64,000 nucleotides of DNA from an uncultured Clostridia bacterium (GTDB taxonomy: Bacteria; Bacillota; Clostridia; Oscillospirales; JAAYOS01), in contig CANRJS010000004.1 of NCBI GenBank assembly GCA_947631015.1, positions 48,913 to 112,912 on the forward strand, given 5' to 3'. Positions within the stretch are counted from its first letter, which is position 1, and each line of letters starts with the position of its first letter. Under the pieces are notes generated by a model, which did not search any database, was not told where the DNA came from, and saw only the letters and a list, made by a program, of their open reading frames with translations. Shown piece by piece: positions 37,546-46,265 of the stretch. A program made the position numbers and the translations under genes.

Positions 37546-40486
37546 GGACGCTCACCGCCTTTCTCTCCCGTGCCTCCATCGCCGCTACGAGCGAGCGGAG
37601 ACGAATCTTTGCCGCGCCGAGATTGGTTATCTCGTCTATCTTGACCTGAGTGTAGAACTTTCCGCTGCGCTCGAGGATATCGCGGAGCTCGTCGCCGGTG
37701 ATGGCGTCTATGCCGCAACCGAAGCTCACAAGCTGCACGAACTCCATGTCGTCCTGCGTCGCGACGTATGCCGCCGCGTTGTACAGCCGCGCATGGTAGC
37801 TCCACTGGTTGAGGACGTGCAGAGGCGCGGCGCTCCCCTTGGGCGCCACCGCCTCCTCGGTTATCACTACAAGACCGAGCGACGTAATGAGCCGGTCGAT
37901 GCCGTGGTTTATCTCCGGGTCAATATGGTAGGGTCGTCCCGAGAGGACTATCATCTTCTTCCCGTGCTCCCGCGCCCACGCGACGGCCTCCTCGCCCTTC
38001 ATGCGTATCTCCTCGCGGAAGGCGTGGTCCGCCTCGCGCGCGAGCTTCACCGCGTGCTTCACCTCGTGCTCGGTGAGGTCGGGGTAATACGGCGAAAGCG
38101 CCTCATAGAGCTTCTTTTCAAAGCCCTTGCGGGTGTATATCAGATAGGGGTTGAGGTATTCGAGGGTCTTCGTCACCGGCATATTCGCCGCGATGAGCTC
38201 GGGGTAGTACGCCACGACCGGGCAGTTGTAGTAGTTGTCCGCCTTCTCGTACTCGGTGTTGTTGTACGGCGCGCAGGGGTAGAAGATACGCTTCACGCCG
38301 CGCTCCGCGAGGGCGGCGATATGTCCGTGGACGAGCTTTGCGGGGTAGCATACCGTGTCAGACGGTATCGTGTCCTGCCCGAGAGAGTAGAGCACGCGGT
38401 CGCTCTGCCCGGAAAGTACGACTTTCACGCCGATGTTGCGGAAGAACGCGCCCCAGAACGGCAAAGTGTCGAAGAAGTTGAGCGCGAGCGGTATTCCTAT
38501 CTCGCCGCGCGTCGGGTTCTCGCAGACCTCGGTCTCGAGCAGCTTCTTATACTTGTACTCGTAGAGATTCGGTATCTCCTCCGAGCGTTTGGAAGCGCCC
38601 GCGCCGCGCTCGCACCGGTTGCCGGTGATAAACCTCCGCCCGCCGGTGAAGCGGTTGACGGTGAGGGTGCAGTGGTTGCCGCAGAGCCCACAGCGCGCGG
38701 CGGAGCTCGTGTGTTCGAATTGCTCCAGTTCCTCGAGGCTTATGAGCGTGCTCTCCTCGCCGCCGCGCTCGCGCGCGTAGAGCGCGCAGCCGAAAGCGCC
38801 CATCAGTCCCGCAATGGCGGGGCGCGTCACCTCGCGCCCAAGCTCGCGCTCGAACGCGCGGAGTATCGCGTCATTGAGGAACGTGCCGCCCTGCACCACG
38901 ACATGGTGACCGAGTTCCTCCGGGTCGACGACGCGTATCACCTTGTAGAGCGCGTTCTTGACTACCGAGATGGAGAGCCCCGCACTGATGTCCGCAACGG
39001 TCGCGCCCTCCTTCTGAGCCTGCTTGACAGACGAGTTCATAAAGACGGTGCAGCGCGAGCCGAGGTCCGCGGGGTGCTCGCCGAAAAGCCCGAGCTTTGC
39101 AAACTCCGGCGTGGTGTAGCCTATCGCCTTTGCGAAGGTCTCGATAAACGAGCCGCATCCGGACGAGCACGCCTCGTTGAGCATTATACCGTCTATCGCG
39201 CCGCCGCGTATGCGGAAGCATTTCATGTCCTGACCGCCGATGTCGATTATGTAGTCTACCTCCGGTTCGAAGAAGCGCGCGGCGGTGTAGTGCGCCACCG
39301 TCTCGACGATGCCGCTGTCCACGCCGAACGCGGCGCACATCAGCTCCTCGCCGTAGCCGGTGACGGCGCTGCCGCGAAGGGTTATCCTGTCGCCGGTTAT
39401 CTTCCGTATCTCAAGCAGCTGCTCGCGCAGGACCTCGACCGGGTCGCCGCGGTTAGGCGCATAGTAGCTGTAAAGTATCCTCATATCGTCCGAGAGAAGG
39501 ACGAGCTTTGTCGTGGTGCTCCCGGCGTCTATGCCGAGCCACGCGCCGCCCTCGTACTCCGCGGGGTCGACGGTATCCACCGACGCCGTCGCGTGGCGGC
39601 GTCGGAACTCCCCGTACTCCTCCTCGCTGCGGAAGAGCGGTTCGAGGCGGCTCGTCACCGTGATGTCCTCCGCCGCCGCGAGGCGCGCGGCGACGTCCGC
39701 GAGCCTCAGCGGCTCGAAATGCTCCGACTCGACCGCGCACCCGAGCGCGACGAAATACTGTCCGTCCTTCGGGAAGCGCGCCTGCTCCGGCGTGAGCTTC
39801 AGGGTCTTCACGAACAGCTTTCCGAGCTCGGGCAGGAAGGAGAGCGGTCCGCCGAGGAACGCGACGTTTCCTTCTATCCTCCGTCCCTGTGCAAGTCCGC
39901 CTATAGTCTGATTGACGACCGCCTGGAGTATCGACGCCGCGACGTCCTCCCGCCGCGCGCCCTGGTTTAATAGCGGCTGCACGTCGGTCTTTGCGAACAC
40001 TCCGCAGCGCGAAGCTATCGGATAGAGCTTCTCCGCGCGGGAAGCGAGGTCGTTGAGCTCATCCGCCGTGATGTCCATCAGAGTCGCCATCTGGTCTATG
40101 AAGGCGCCGGTGCCTCCGGCGCAGGTCCCGTTCATCCTCTGCTCGGTGACCTGACCGAAGAAGATTATCTTCGCGTCCTCACCGCCGAGCTCTATGACGG
40201 CGTCGGTGCCGGGCAGGAACTTCTCCACCGCCGTGGAGCTTGCCACGACCTCCTGCACGAACGGCAGCCCCGCGCGCTCTGCCGCGCCGAGACCCGCCGA
40301 ACCGGTCACCGCCGCGTGAAGCTCTATGTCGCCGAACTTTTCGAGTATCTCGGAAAGTATCTCGCCTATAAGCTCGCGCACGCGCGCGTTGTGCCGCTCG
40401 TAGCGTTTGTAGAGCATTTCTCCGCTCTCGCTCATCAGCACCGCCTTGACTGTTGTGGAACCGACGTCAATTCCCAGAGATTTCAT
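37538..40486 (-). CDS. Double BcrAD/BadFG-type ATPase (CoA-substrate-specific enzyme activase-like) fused to a DUF2229-like domain
   Basis: 982 aa. Two actin-fold ATPase modules (LGIDVGSTTVKAVLM.. and LGIDAGSTTTKLVLL..), each with a cluster-ligand Cys context (RCGVFAKTDV, RCTVFMNSSV). Central CGLCGNHC..C motif. Confidence 0.8.
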   Translation of the reverse strand: MKSLGIDVGSTTVKAVLMSESGEMLYKRYERHNARVRELIGEILSEILEKFGDIELHAAVTGSAGLGAAERAGLPFVQEVVASSTAVEKFLPGTDAVIELGGEDAKIIFFGQVTEQRMNGTCAGGTGAFIDQMATLMDITADELNDLASRAEKLYPIASRCGVFAKTDVQPLLNQGARREDVAASILQAVVNQTIGGLAQGRRIEGNVAFLGGPLSFLPELGKLFVKTLKLTPEQARFPKDGQYFVALGCAVESEHFEPLRLADVAARLAAAEDITVTSRLEPLFRSEEEYGEFRRRHATASVDTVDPAEYEGGAWLGIDAGSTTTKLVLLSDDMRILYSYYAPNRGDPVEVLREQLLEIRKITGDRITLRGSAVTGYGEELMCAAFGVDSGIVETVAHYTAARFFEPEVDYIIDIGGQDMKCFRIRGGAIDGIMLNEACSSGCGSFIETFAKAIGYTTPEFAKLGLFGEHPADLGSRCTVFMNSSVKQAQKEGATVADISAGLSISVVKNALYKVIRVVDPEELGHHVVVQGGTFLNDAILRAFERELGREVTRPAIAGLMGAFGCALYARERGGEESTLISLEELEQFEHTSSAARCGLCGNHCTLTVNRFTGGRRFITGNRCERGAGASKRSEEIPNLYEYKYKKLLETEVCENPTRGEIGIPLALNFFDTLPFWGAFFRNIGVKVVLSGQSDRVLYSLGQDTIPSDTVCYPAKLVHGHIAALAERGVKRIFYPCAPYNNTEYEKADNYYNCPVVAYYPELIAANMPVTKTLEYLNPYLIYTRKGFEKKLYEALSPYYPDLTEHEVKHAVKLAREADHAFREEIRMKGEEAVAWAREHGKKMIVLSGRPYHIDPEINHGIDRLITSLGLVVITEEAVAPKGSAAPLHVLNQWSYHARLYNAAAYVATQDDMEFVQLVSFGCGIDAITGDELRDILERSGKFYTQVKIDEITNLGAAKIRLRSLVAAMEARERKAVSVRG

Positions 40487-40528
40487 TTCAGTTTCTCATT
40501 ACCTTTCTGTGATATTGCATTCAATATA

Positions 40529-40556
40529 AATTATACACCCGCGAACAGCTTTTTCA
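40529..40556 (-). promoter_or_regulatory. Candidate promoter of the activase operon
   Basis: On the minus strand: TTGAAA, 16 nt, TATAAT. Confidence 0.5.
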
Positions 40557-40600
40557 ATAGCACATTCCTAAAAGAAATGTAAGTTTTTCTCAAGAATTCT

Positions 40601-41254
40601 TTACGTTGCGTCCGCTCCGGCGGCAAGCTCCGAAAAGCTCTCAATCGCCGCGTCTGCCTCGATACGCATCTCCTCCCAGTCTTCCCGCGAGCTCTCGTCG
40701 TACATCGCGACGACCCTGAAGCCACCGTCCTTCGCCCCGCGCACGCACTTCAGTACGTCCTCGAACACGACCGTCTCCTCCGGCGGGACGTCCATCCTCT
40801 CCGCCGCGAGAAGGTACACGTCGGGAAAGCCCTTCGGCCGCGCCGCCTCGGAGGTATAAACCACGGCGTCCGTGAGCCTGTCGAGGCCGAGACGGCGGAG
40901 CAGTCCCTCGCAGAGTTCGGGTTCGTTTGAGGTGGCTATCGCCGTCTTCACCCCGGCGTCCTTCAGCGCGCGCAGATACTCGAGCGCCCCTGGCTTTGCC
41001 TGTATATCGAAGTCGTACTCCCTCTGCACGTACCCGCGCCACTCCGCAATGAGGTCGTCCGGCGTCTCGTCATACAGCCCGTAGCGCTCTATCGTGTACT
41101 CTGCGGCGAGACGGAAATGCAGAGCCTTGAGCGCCGCGAAGTAGTCCGCCTCCTGCGGCAGGCCCCGCTTCTCGAGGAACGCGACGTCCGCCGCGTGCCA
41201 CGCGCCCATGCTGTCCACAAGCGTCCCGTCCAAATCGAATACTGCGCCCTTCAC
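40601..41254 (-). CDS. HAD-IA family hydrolase
   Basis: 217 aa, GTG start with RBS AGGAGG. Motif I VFDLDGTLVDSM, motif II ATSN, motif IV FEDV. Confidence 0.85.
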   Translation of the reverse strand: MKGAVFDLDGTLVDSMGAWHAADVAFLEKRGLPQEADYFAALKALHFRLAAEYTIERYGLYDETPDDLIAEWRGYVQREYDFDIQAKPGALEYLRALKDAGVKTAIATSNEPELCEGLLRRLGLDRLTDAVVYTSEAARPKGFPDVYLLAAERMDVPPEETVVFEDVLKCVRGAKDGGFRVVAMYDESSREDWEEMRIEADAAIESFSELAAGADAT

Positions 41255-41298
41255 GCTGCACCTCCTGCTTGTCCTATTTGAATAAAACCCGATAAAAC

Positions 41299-41329
41299 GA
41301 AAGGGGGCTCCGGATAGGAGCCCCCTTTC
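41299..41329 (-). terminator. Rho-independent terminator after the tiny-peptide gene
   Basis: GAAAGGGGGCTCC-TATCC-GGAGCCCCCTTTC on the minus strand, followed by GTTTTATCGGGTTTTATT. Confidence 0.75.
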
Positions 41330-41340
41330 CCGCCGGACTG

Positions 41341-41454
41341 TCAGTCACAGCTGTTGCCGAAGAAGCAGATGAGCACTATCGCGATGATAATGACCCAAAG
41401 CCAATCGTTCTGACGGCTGTTGCCGAAGAGACCGGAACCGTTGCAACAAGTCAT
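41341..41454 (-). CDS. Tiny transmembrane peptide, 37 aa (YjcZ-like?), absent from the ORF track because it is under 60 aa
   Basis: MTCCNGSGLFGNSRQNDWLWVIIIAIVLICFFGNSCD. RBS GGGAGG 9 nt upstream of the ATG. Its own terminator starts 12 nt after the stop. Cys/Gly/Asn-rich ends flank a single hydrophobic helix. Confidence 0.6.
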   Translation of the reverse strand: MTCCNGSGLFGNSRQNDWLWVIIIAIVLICFFGNSCD

Positions 41455-41515
41455 GCTGTAAAACCTCCCTCTGTGGATTACACTCCATCATATTCGGGAG
41501 GCGGGAATTGGTGAC

Positions 41516-42706
41516 TCAACCCAGAAGGCGCACGCCGCCATCCCCGGCGGCGGCATACTGCCGCTCGGTAAACGTGCCCGCGTCCATCAGCTTTTCCGCG
41601 AGGACCGTTCCGTTTTTGCATTTTGCCGAGAGAGCCCGCCACGAGACGTAAGCCATCGAGTCGCGGATGAAGCTCTGCCTTGAGAGGCTGTCATGCTCGA
41701 ATCCGGTTATTACTCCCAGCCGTTCCGCGGCGGACGGGGCGTCCGCCCAGTCAAAATCTCCGGCGTCCTCGCTGTAACCGAGGGCGCGGAGTATGAAAGT
41801 CATGTACATCTCCTCCGTAGCCGGAGAGTCGGGGTCGAAGCAGGAGGCGCTGACGCCCTTAGTATATCCCTTGGAATAGGCGTAGCCGACGTACTTCGGA
41901 GGCTCTCCGCCGGCCCACACCGGCAGGTCGTCAAACGGACATTCGCCCGTGTAGACAAGCGCCTCGTCCTCTTCCCCGAGCAGGCGAAGGAACATTATAA
42001 GCGCCTCAAGGCGCGTCGCGCTCCGTCCGAGCACGAAGCCGTTGCCCGTGCCCTTCATCACGCCGAGCGTGCGCAGCGCGAACGCCGCGTCTGTATGTCT
42101 CGGCCGCACGGCGGGGAGCACCTGATAGTTTCCGGTGACAAGTATCTCCGCTCCGGACGCCGTCTCCGCGCCGGCAAGGCGCTCGCCGTCCGTGACAACG
42201 TACCGCGTCCCGGTGCTCATCGCCAACGAGGCATAGTTCAGCGCGGCGGAGGTCACGTTGACTATCTCCGCCGCCCGCTCGCCCGCAAGCGTCGCCGCGC
42301 CTCTCACAAGGCGCATCTCGCCGCCCTCCGCGACTATCAGCCGCTCGCCTGCGGCAAGGCGCACGGTGACAGGGCTTTTCGCCGTGAGCATGAATCCGTT
42401 ATCCATCAGGCGCATGTACGCCTCATACTCTATCTGCCGGTCGAGACCGGATGAATTTATCTGCACGTTCGAAGTATCCAGTCCGTTTATCGCCCGCAGA
42501 GCCTCGTCGCGGATTGCGGCAAGCTCCGGCTCCGCCGAACTGACTGCCGCGTCGAGCTTAGCATTGAACTGCGGTATGACTTTTTTCTCTATGTAACCGA
42601 GGGTCGCGACCGGGTCTGCTCCCGTGCCGCCGCCCGCCGCTATCGAGGCCGCCGCGGCGAGCAGCATCACCGCAAGCGACGCCGCTATGAACCGTTTGAG
42701 CGCCAT
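41516..42706 (-). CDS. Secreted protein with C-terminal SLH-like repeats
   Basis: 396 aa from ATG 42706 (RBS AGGAAGG). Signal peptide FIAASLAVMLLAAAASIAA. C-terminal half has degenerate SLH-type repeats (ALRTLGVMKGTGNGF..SATRLEALIMFLRLLG; YAYSKGYTKGVSASCFDPDSPATEEMYMTFILRALG). Confidence 0.6.
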   Translation of the reverse strand: MALKRFIAASLAVMLLAAAASIAAGGGTGADPVATLGYIEKKVIPQFNAKLDAAVSSAEPELAAIRDEALRAINGLDTSNVQINSSGLDRQIEYEAYMRLMDNGFMLTAKSPVTVRLAAGERLIVAEGGEMRLVRGAATLAGERAAEIVNVTSAALNYASLAMSTGTRYVVTDGERLAGAETASGAEILVTGNYQVLPAVRPRHTDAAFALRTLGVMKGTGNGFVLGRSATRLEALIMFLRLLGEEDEALVYTGECPFDDLPVWAGGEPPKYVGYAYSKGYTKGVSASCFDPDSPATEEMYMTFILRALGYSEDAGDFDWADAPSAAERLGVITGFEHDSLSRQSFIRDSMAYVSWRALSAKCKNGTVLAEKLMDAGTFTERQYAAAGDGGVRLLG

Positions 42707-42814
42707 GGCCGCACCTTCCTTTCGGGGCGTTCCGCCCGGTATCCTTATATATTGTACCACAGAACACGCCCGCTGTTCAACACCATTTTTCGCGCGCCTT
42801 CGCCGCGCAAAACA

Positions 42815-42843
42815 CGGCCGGAGGCGAATTTCGCCTCCGGCCG
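42815..42843 (-). terminator. Rho-independent terminator
   Basis: GGCCGGAGGCGA-ATT-TCGCCTCCGGCC. On the minus strand it is followed by GTGTTTTG. Confidence 0.65.
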
Positions 42844-42869
42844 GTCTCGTATGCGGAAAACGCGCCGCG

Positions 42870-43652
42870 TCAGTTCTTGTCCGAGTCGTCGTGGCGGAGT
42901 ATCTTCCAACGCTCGCCGAGCTTCGGATACGCCTGCGAGAGGCGGCTGCGGAGCCTCCGTTCGCGCCTTATCCTGCGCTCGCTGTACCTGCGGCGGGAGC
43001 GCTCGAGCTTATCGTGCAGCTCCTGCGTCATGCGGTGGAACTCCTCCGCGTTCAGGGCGCGCTTCTCGCGCGCCTCCTCGGCCTTTTCGCGGAGCGAGAC
43101 CGCCAGCTTGTCAAACGTATGCATCTTGCCGAGTATCAGCACCGAGTCCGCAACGCATATCACGCCGATGACCGCAAGCGCGGATATTCCGACGGGGAGC
43201 GGCACACGGGCTATGACCGAGTCGAGCCACGGCACGAGGAAGAGTATCGCAAGCGTCGCGAGCGGACCCCACGCGAGGCTCTCCGGCACGGCTATGCGTC
43301 CGTTCAGGTTGAAGCGGTGGTCGGAGTAGTCCCACCAGCGCTGATGGAACAGCTTCTCAAGCAGCCATCCCACGAAGTACTCCACGGCGCAGGCTATGAC
43401 CGCGCTCACTACAAGCAGAGCCGCTATGCCGTGCGCCGTCGGCGTGCCTCCCCGGAACAGCAGCAGCTTCACCGGCGACAGCACAGCGATGATTATGCAC
43501 ATCGCCGTCCCGTATATCGGGCATATCGGCCCCGTGAGAAACCCTCGGTTGACGAATTTCTTCTGTTGAAAGCTCACAAGCGCGCTCTCGAGCGCCCATC
43601 CCACAAAGCTGAATATCAGAAAATACCAGCAGAAGTTGTAGATACCGGGCAT
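42870..43652 (-). CDS. Multi-pass membrane protein, putative ABC-transporter type IV (CmpB-like) family, with a basic coiled C-terminal tail
   Basis: 260 aa, RBS GGAGGAAAAGG. N-terminal pattern FLIFSFVGWALE..NRGFLTGPICPIYG as I recall for this family. Arg-rich tail RRRYSERRIRRERRLRSR. Confidence 0.6.
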   Translation of the reverse strand: MPGIYNFCWYFLIFSFVGWALESALVSFQQKKFVNRGFLTGPICPIYGTAMCIIIAVLSPVKLLLFRGGTPTAHGIAALLVVSAVIACAVEYFVGWLLEKLFHQRWWDYSDHRFNLNGRIAVPESLAWGPLATLAILFLVPWLDSVIARVPLPVGISALAVIGVICVADSVLILGKMHTFDKLAVSLREKAEEAREKRALNAEEFHRMTQELHDKLERSRRRYSERRIRRERRLRSRLSQAYPKLGERWKILRHDDSDKN

Positions 43653-43728
43653 TGTTCCTTTTCCTCCAAATAAATTTGCACGGCATATAGTATACCAATT
43701 TTCGGAAAAAAAGTCAAATCAATCATAT

Positions 43729-43757
43729 TTGACAATCCGGCAAAAACGGGCTATCAT
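43729..43757 (+). promoter_or_regulatory. Candidate rex promoter
   Basis: TTGACA (43729-43734), 17 nt, TATCAT (43752-43757). Confidence 0.6.
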
Positions 43758-43792
43758 AGATACAAATATATGCGAAAAGGGCCTTTTCACTT

Positions 43793-44422
43793 ATGGACAA
43801 CGGCAAGACAAAGATCCCGGCGGCGGTCGTCCGCCGCCTTCCCCGCTACTACCGGTGCCTCTCCGCGCTCGAGCGCGAGGGCGCGGAGAAAACGAGCTCG
43901 CAGGAGCTCGCGCAGGCGCTCCGCCTCACCGCCTCGCAGGTCCGGCAGGACCTCAATCACTTCGGCGGCTTCGGCCAGCAGGGCTACGGCTACCACGTCC
44001 GCCCGCTCCGCGAGGGCATCGGCGCGGCGCTCGGCATACGCGAGCCGCGCGGAGCGGTGCTGCTCGGCGCGGGGAACCTCGGCCGTGCGATACTGAAAAA
44101 CTTCGACTTTGAGGCGTGCGGCTTTCGGATGCTCGCCGCGTTCGACGTCGACCCCGCGATAGTCGGTACGGCGCAGCACGGCGTGAGCGTCTACCCTCTC
44201 GACGTTCTCGAAGAGTTCACGCGGCGCTACCGCCCGTCGGTCGCGGTGCTGACGCTTCCGGCCTCCGGCGCGGAGGAAGCGGCGAGCCGCCTCGACTTGC
44301 TCGGTTACAGCGGTATATGGAACTTCACCGGCGTCGACCTCGCCGAAAGGAGCCCCCGCCTTTCCATAGAGAACGTCAACTTTGCGGACAGCCTCATGGC
44401 GCTCCGCTTCAGGATAAAGTGA
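43793..44422 (+). CDS. rex: Redox-sensing transcriptional repressor Rex
   Basis: 209 aa with a winged-helix N-terminus KIPAAVVRRLPRYYRCL and Rossmann GAGNLGRAIL. Confidence 0.92.
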   Translation: MDNGKTKIPAAVVRRLPRYYRCLSALEREGAEKTSSQELAQALRLTASQVRQDLNHFGGFGQQGYGYHVRPLREGIGAALGIREPRGAVLLGAGNLGRAILKNFDFEACGFRMLAAFDVDPAIVGTAQHGVSVYPLDVLEEFTRRYRPSVAVLTLPASGAEEAASRLDLLGYSGIWNFTGVDLAERSPRLSIENVNFADSLMALRFRIK

Positions 44423-44437
44423 TTCGGAGGCTAAACC

Positions 44438-46183
44438 ATGCTTGCAAGTCAAAAACTGCGCTCACTCTCGCCGGAGCTTGACCCGCTCCGCCTCGGCACC
44501 GGCTGGACGCCGGAGGAGCTCGCTCTGCCGCAGGTATTCGTTGAGAGCACCTTCGGGGACAGTCACCCCGGCTCCTGCCACCTCGACCGCCTCACGGACG
44601 CCGTCCTGCGCGGGATACGAGACGGCGGTGGACGCGGCGCGCGGTACTTCTGCACCGATATGTGCGACGGCGAAAGTCAGGGCAACGACGGGATAAATTA
44701 CAGCCTCGCGAGCCGCGAGATGATCGCGAACATGATAGAGATACAGGCGAACGCCACCCCGTTCGACGCTGGCGTGTTCATCGCGAGCTGCGACAAGGGG
44801 CTTCCCGGGAACCTCATGGGGCTTGCGCGGGTGAACATCCCGTCGGTCGTGGTCTGCGGCGGGACGATGAGCGCCGGGCCGGAGCTTCTCACGCTCGAAC
44901 AGCTCGGAATGTACAGCGCAAGGTTCGAGCGCGGCGAGATAGACGCCGCGCGCCTCGAGTGGGCGAAGCGGAACGCCTGCCCCGGATGCGGCGCGTGCAG
45001 CTTCATCGGCACCGCCTCCACCATGCAGATAATGGCCGAGGCGCTGGGGCTCGCGCTCCCCGGCAGCGCGCTTCTCCCCGCCTCCGGGACGGACATAGAC
45101 GACCTCGCGTACCGCGCCGGACGCCGCGCGGCGGAGCTCGCGCGCGAGGGCGTCCGCCCGCGCGACATCGTCACGCGTGAGAGCTTCGAGAATGCGATAA
45201 TGGTCCACGCCGCCATATCCGGCAGTACGAACGCCCTGCTACACCTCCCCGCCATAGCGCACGAGCTCGGTGTCGGGTTGGACGGCGACGATTTCGACCG
45301 TCTGCACCGCGGCGCGCGCTGGCTGCTCGACATTCGCCCCGCGGGACGCTGGCCGGCGGAGTTCTTCGGTTATGCCGGCGGCGTGCCCGCGATAATGGAG
45401 GAGATAAAGGATGTCCTTCACCTCGACGCGCTCACCGTCACCGGCAAGACGCTCGGCGAAAACCTCGCGGAGCTGCGCGCCGGCGGATACTACGACCGCT
45501 GCCGCGAGCTGCTTGAGGGCGCGAACCACAGGTACGGCCTCAGCCTCATGCGCGAGGACATCATACGTCCCGCTTCCCGTCCGCTAGGCACGGAGGGCAG
45601 CATCGCCGTCCTGCGCGGTAACCTCGCGCCGGAGGGCGCGGTGATAAAGCACACGGCATGTCCGCGTGAGATGTTCCGCGCCGTCCTCCGCGCCCGTCCG
45701 TTTGACAGCGAGGAGGAATGCCTTGACGCAGTGCTCCGTCACCGCGTCGATAAGGGCGACGCGGTCTTTATCCGATACGAGGGACCGAAGGCGAGCGGTA
45801 TGCCCGAGATGTTCTACACGAGCGAGGCGATAAGCTCGGACGCAGAGCTCGGACGCTCGATAGCTCTCATCACCGACGGGCGCTTCAGCGGCGCTTCCAC
45901 CGGCCCGGTGATAGGCCACGTCAGCCCGGAGGCGCAGTCGGGCGGTCCGATAGCCCTCGTCGAGGACGGTGACCTCATCGAGATAGACATTCCCGCGCGA
46001 CGGCTCGCGATAGTCGGCGTCGGCGGCGAGCGGCGGAGCGCGGAGGAGATAGACGCGGTGCTCGCGGAGCGCCGAAAGCTCTGGCGCCCGAAGCCGCGCA
46101 AATACAAAAGCGGCGCGCTCCGCATCTTCGGCGAGCACGCCGCAAGCCCGATGAAGGGCGCGTACCTCGAATTTGACGACTGA
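44438..46183 (+). CDS. IlvD/Edd family dehydratase (dihydroxy-acid or sugar-acid dehydratase paralogue)
   Basis: 581 aa with TDMCDG, ASCDKGLPG and ITDGRFSG motifs of the family. Starts 15 nt after the rex stop, with RBS GGAGG. Confidence 0.85.
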   Translation: MLASQKLRSLSPELDPLRLGTGWTPEELALPQVFVESTFGDSHPGSCHLDRLTDAVLRGIRDGGGRGARYFCTDMCDGESQGNDGINYSLASREMIANMIEIQANATPFDAGVFIASCDKGLPGNLMGLARVNIPSVVVCGGTMSAGPELLTLEQLGMYSARFERGEIDAARLEWAKRNACPGCGACSFIGTASTMQIMAEALGLALPGSALLPASGTDIDDLAYRAGRRAAELAREGVRPRDIVTRESFENAIMVHAAISGSTNALLHLPAIAHELGVGLDGDDFDRLHRGARWLLDIRPAGRWPAEFFGYAGGVPAIMEEIKDVLHLDALTVTGKTLGENLAELRAGGYYDRCRELLEGANHRYGLSLMREDIIRPASRPLGTEGSIAVLRGNLAPEGAVIKHTACPREMFRAVLRARPFDSEEECLDAVLRHRVDKGDAVFIRYEGPKASGMPEMFYTSEAISSDAELGRSIALITDGRFSGASTGPVIGHVSPEAQSGGPIALVEDGDLIEIDIPARRLAIVGVGGERRSAEEIDAVLAERRKLWRPKPRKYKSGALRIFGEHAASPMKGAYLEFDD

Positions 46184-46197
46184 ATGCAAATCGGCAT

Positions 46198-46233
46198 AAA
46201 AACATCCCGCTCCACAAGGAGCGGGATGTTTTT
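46198..46233. terminator. Bidirectional terminator between the dehydratase gene and ftsZ
   Basis: AAAAACATCCCGCTCC-ACAA-GGAGCGGGATGTTTTT. Confidence 0.85.
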
Positions 46234-46265
46234 CTCTAAGCGTATCGAACCTGCGGAGCCTCGTC

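Noticed and set aside
37502-39970. 822-aa ORF on the plus strand.
   Set aside because: It is entirely antisense to the well-supported 982-aa activase gene. The product is Arg/Ala/Leu/Val-rich with no motifs. This is a typical high-G+C antisense open frame.
43771-43791. Possible Rex operator TGCGAAA-N7-TTTCACT upstream of rex.
   Set aside because: The half-sites each carry a mismatch, and the spacer (7 nt) does not fit the TGTGAA-N4/6-TTCACA geometry. I kept it only as an unassigned 15-bp palindrome in the rex finding.
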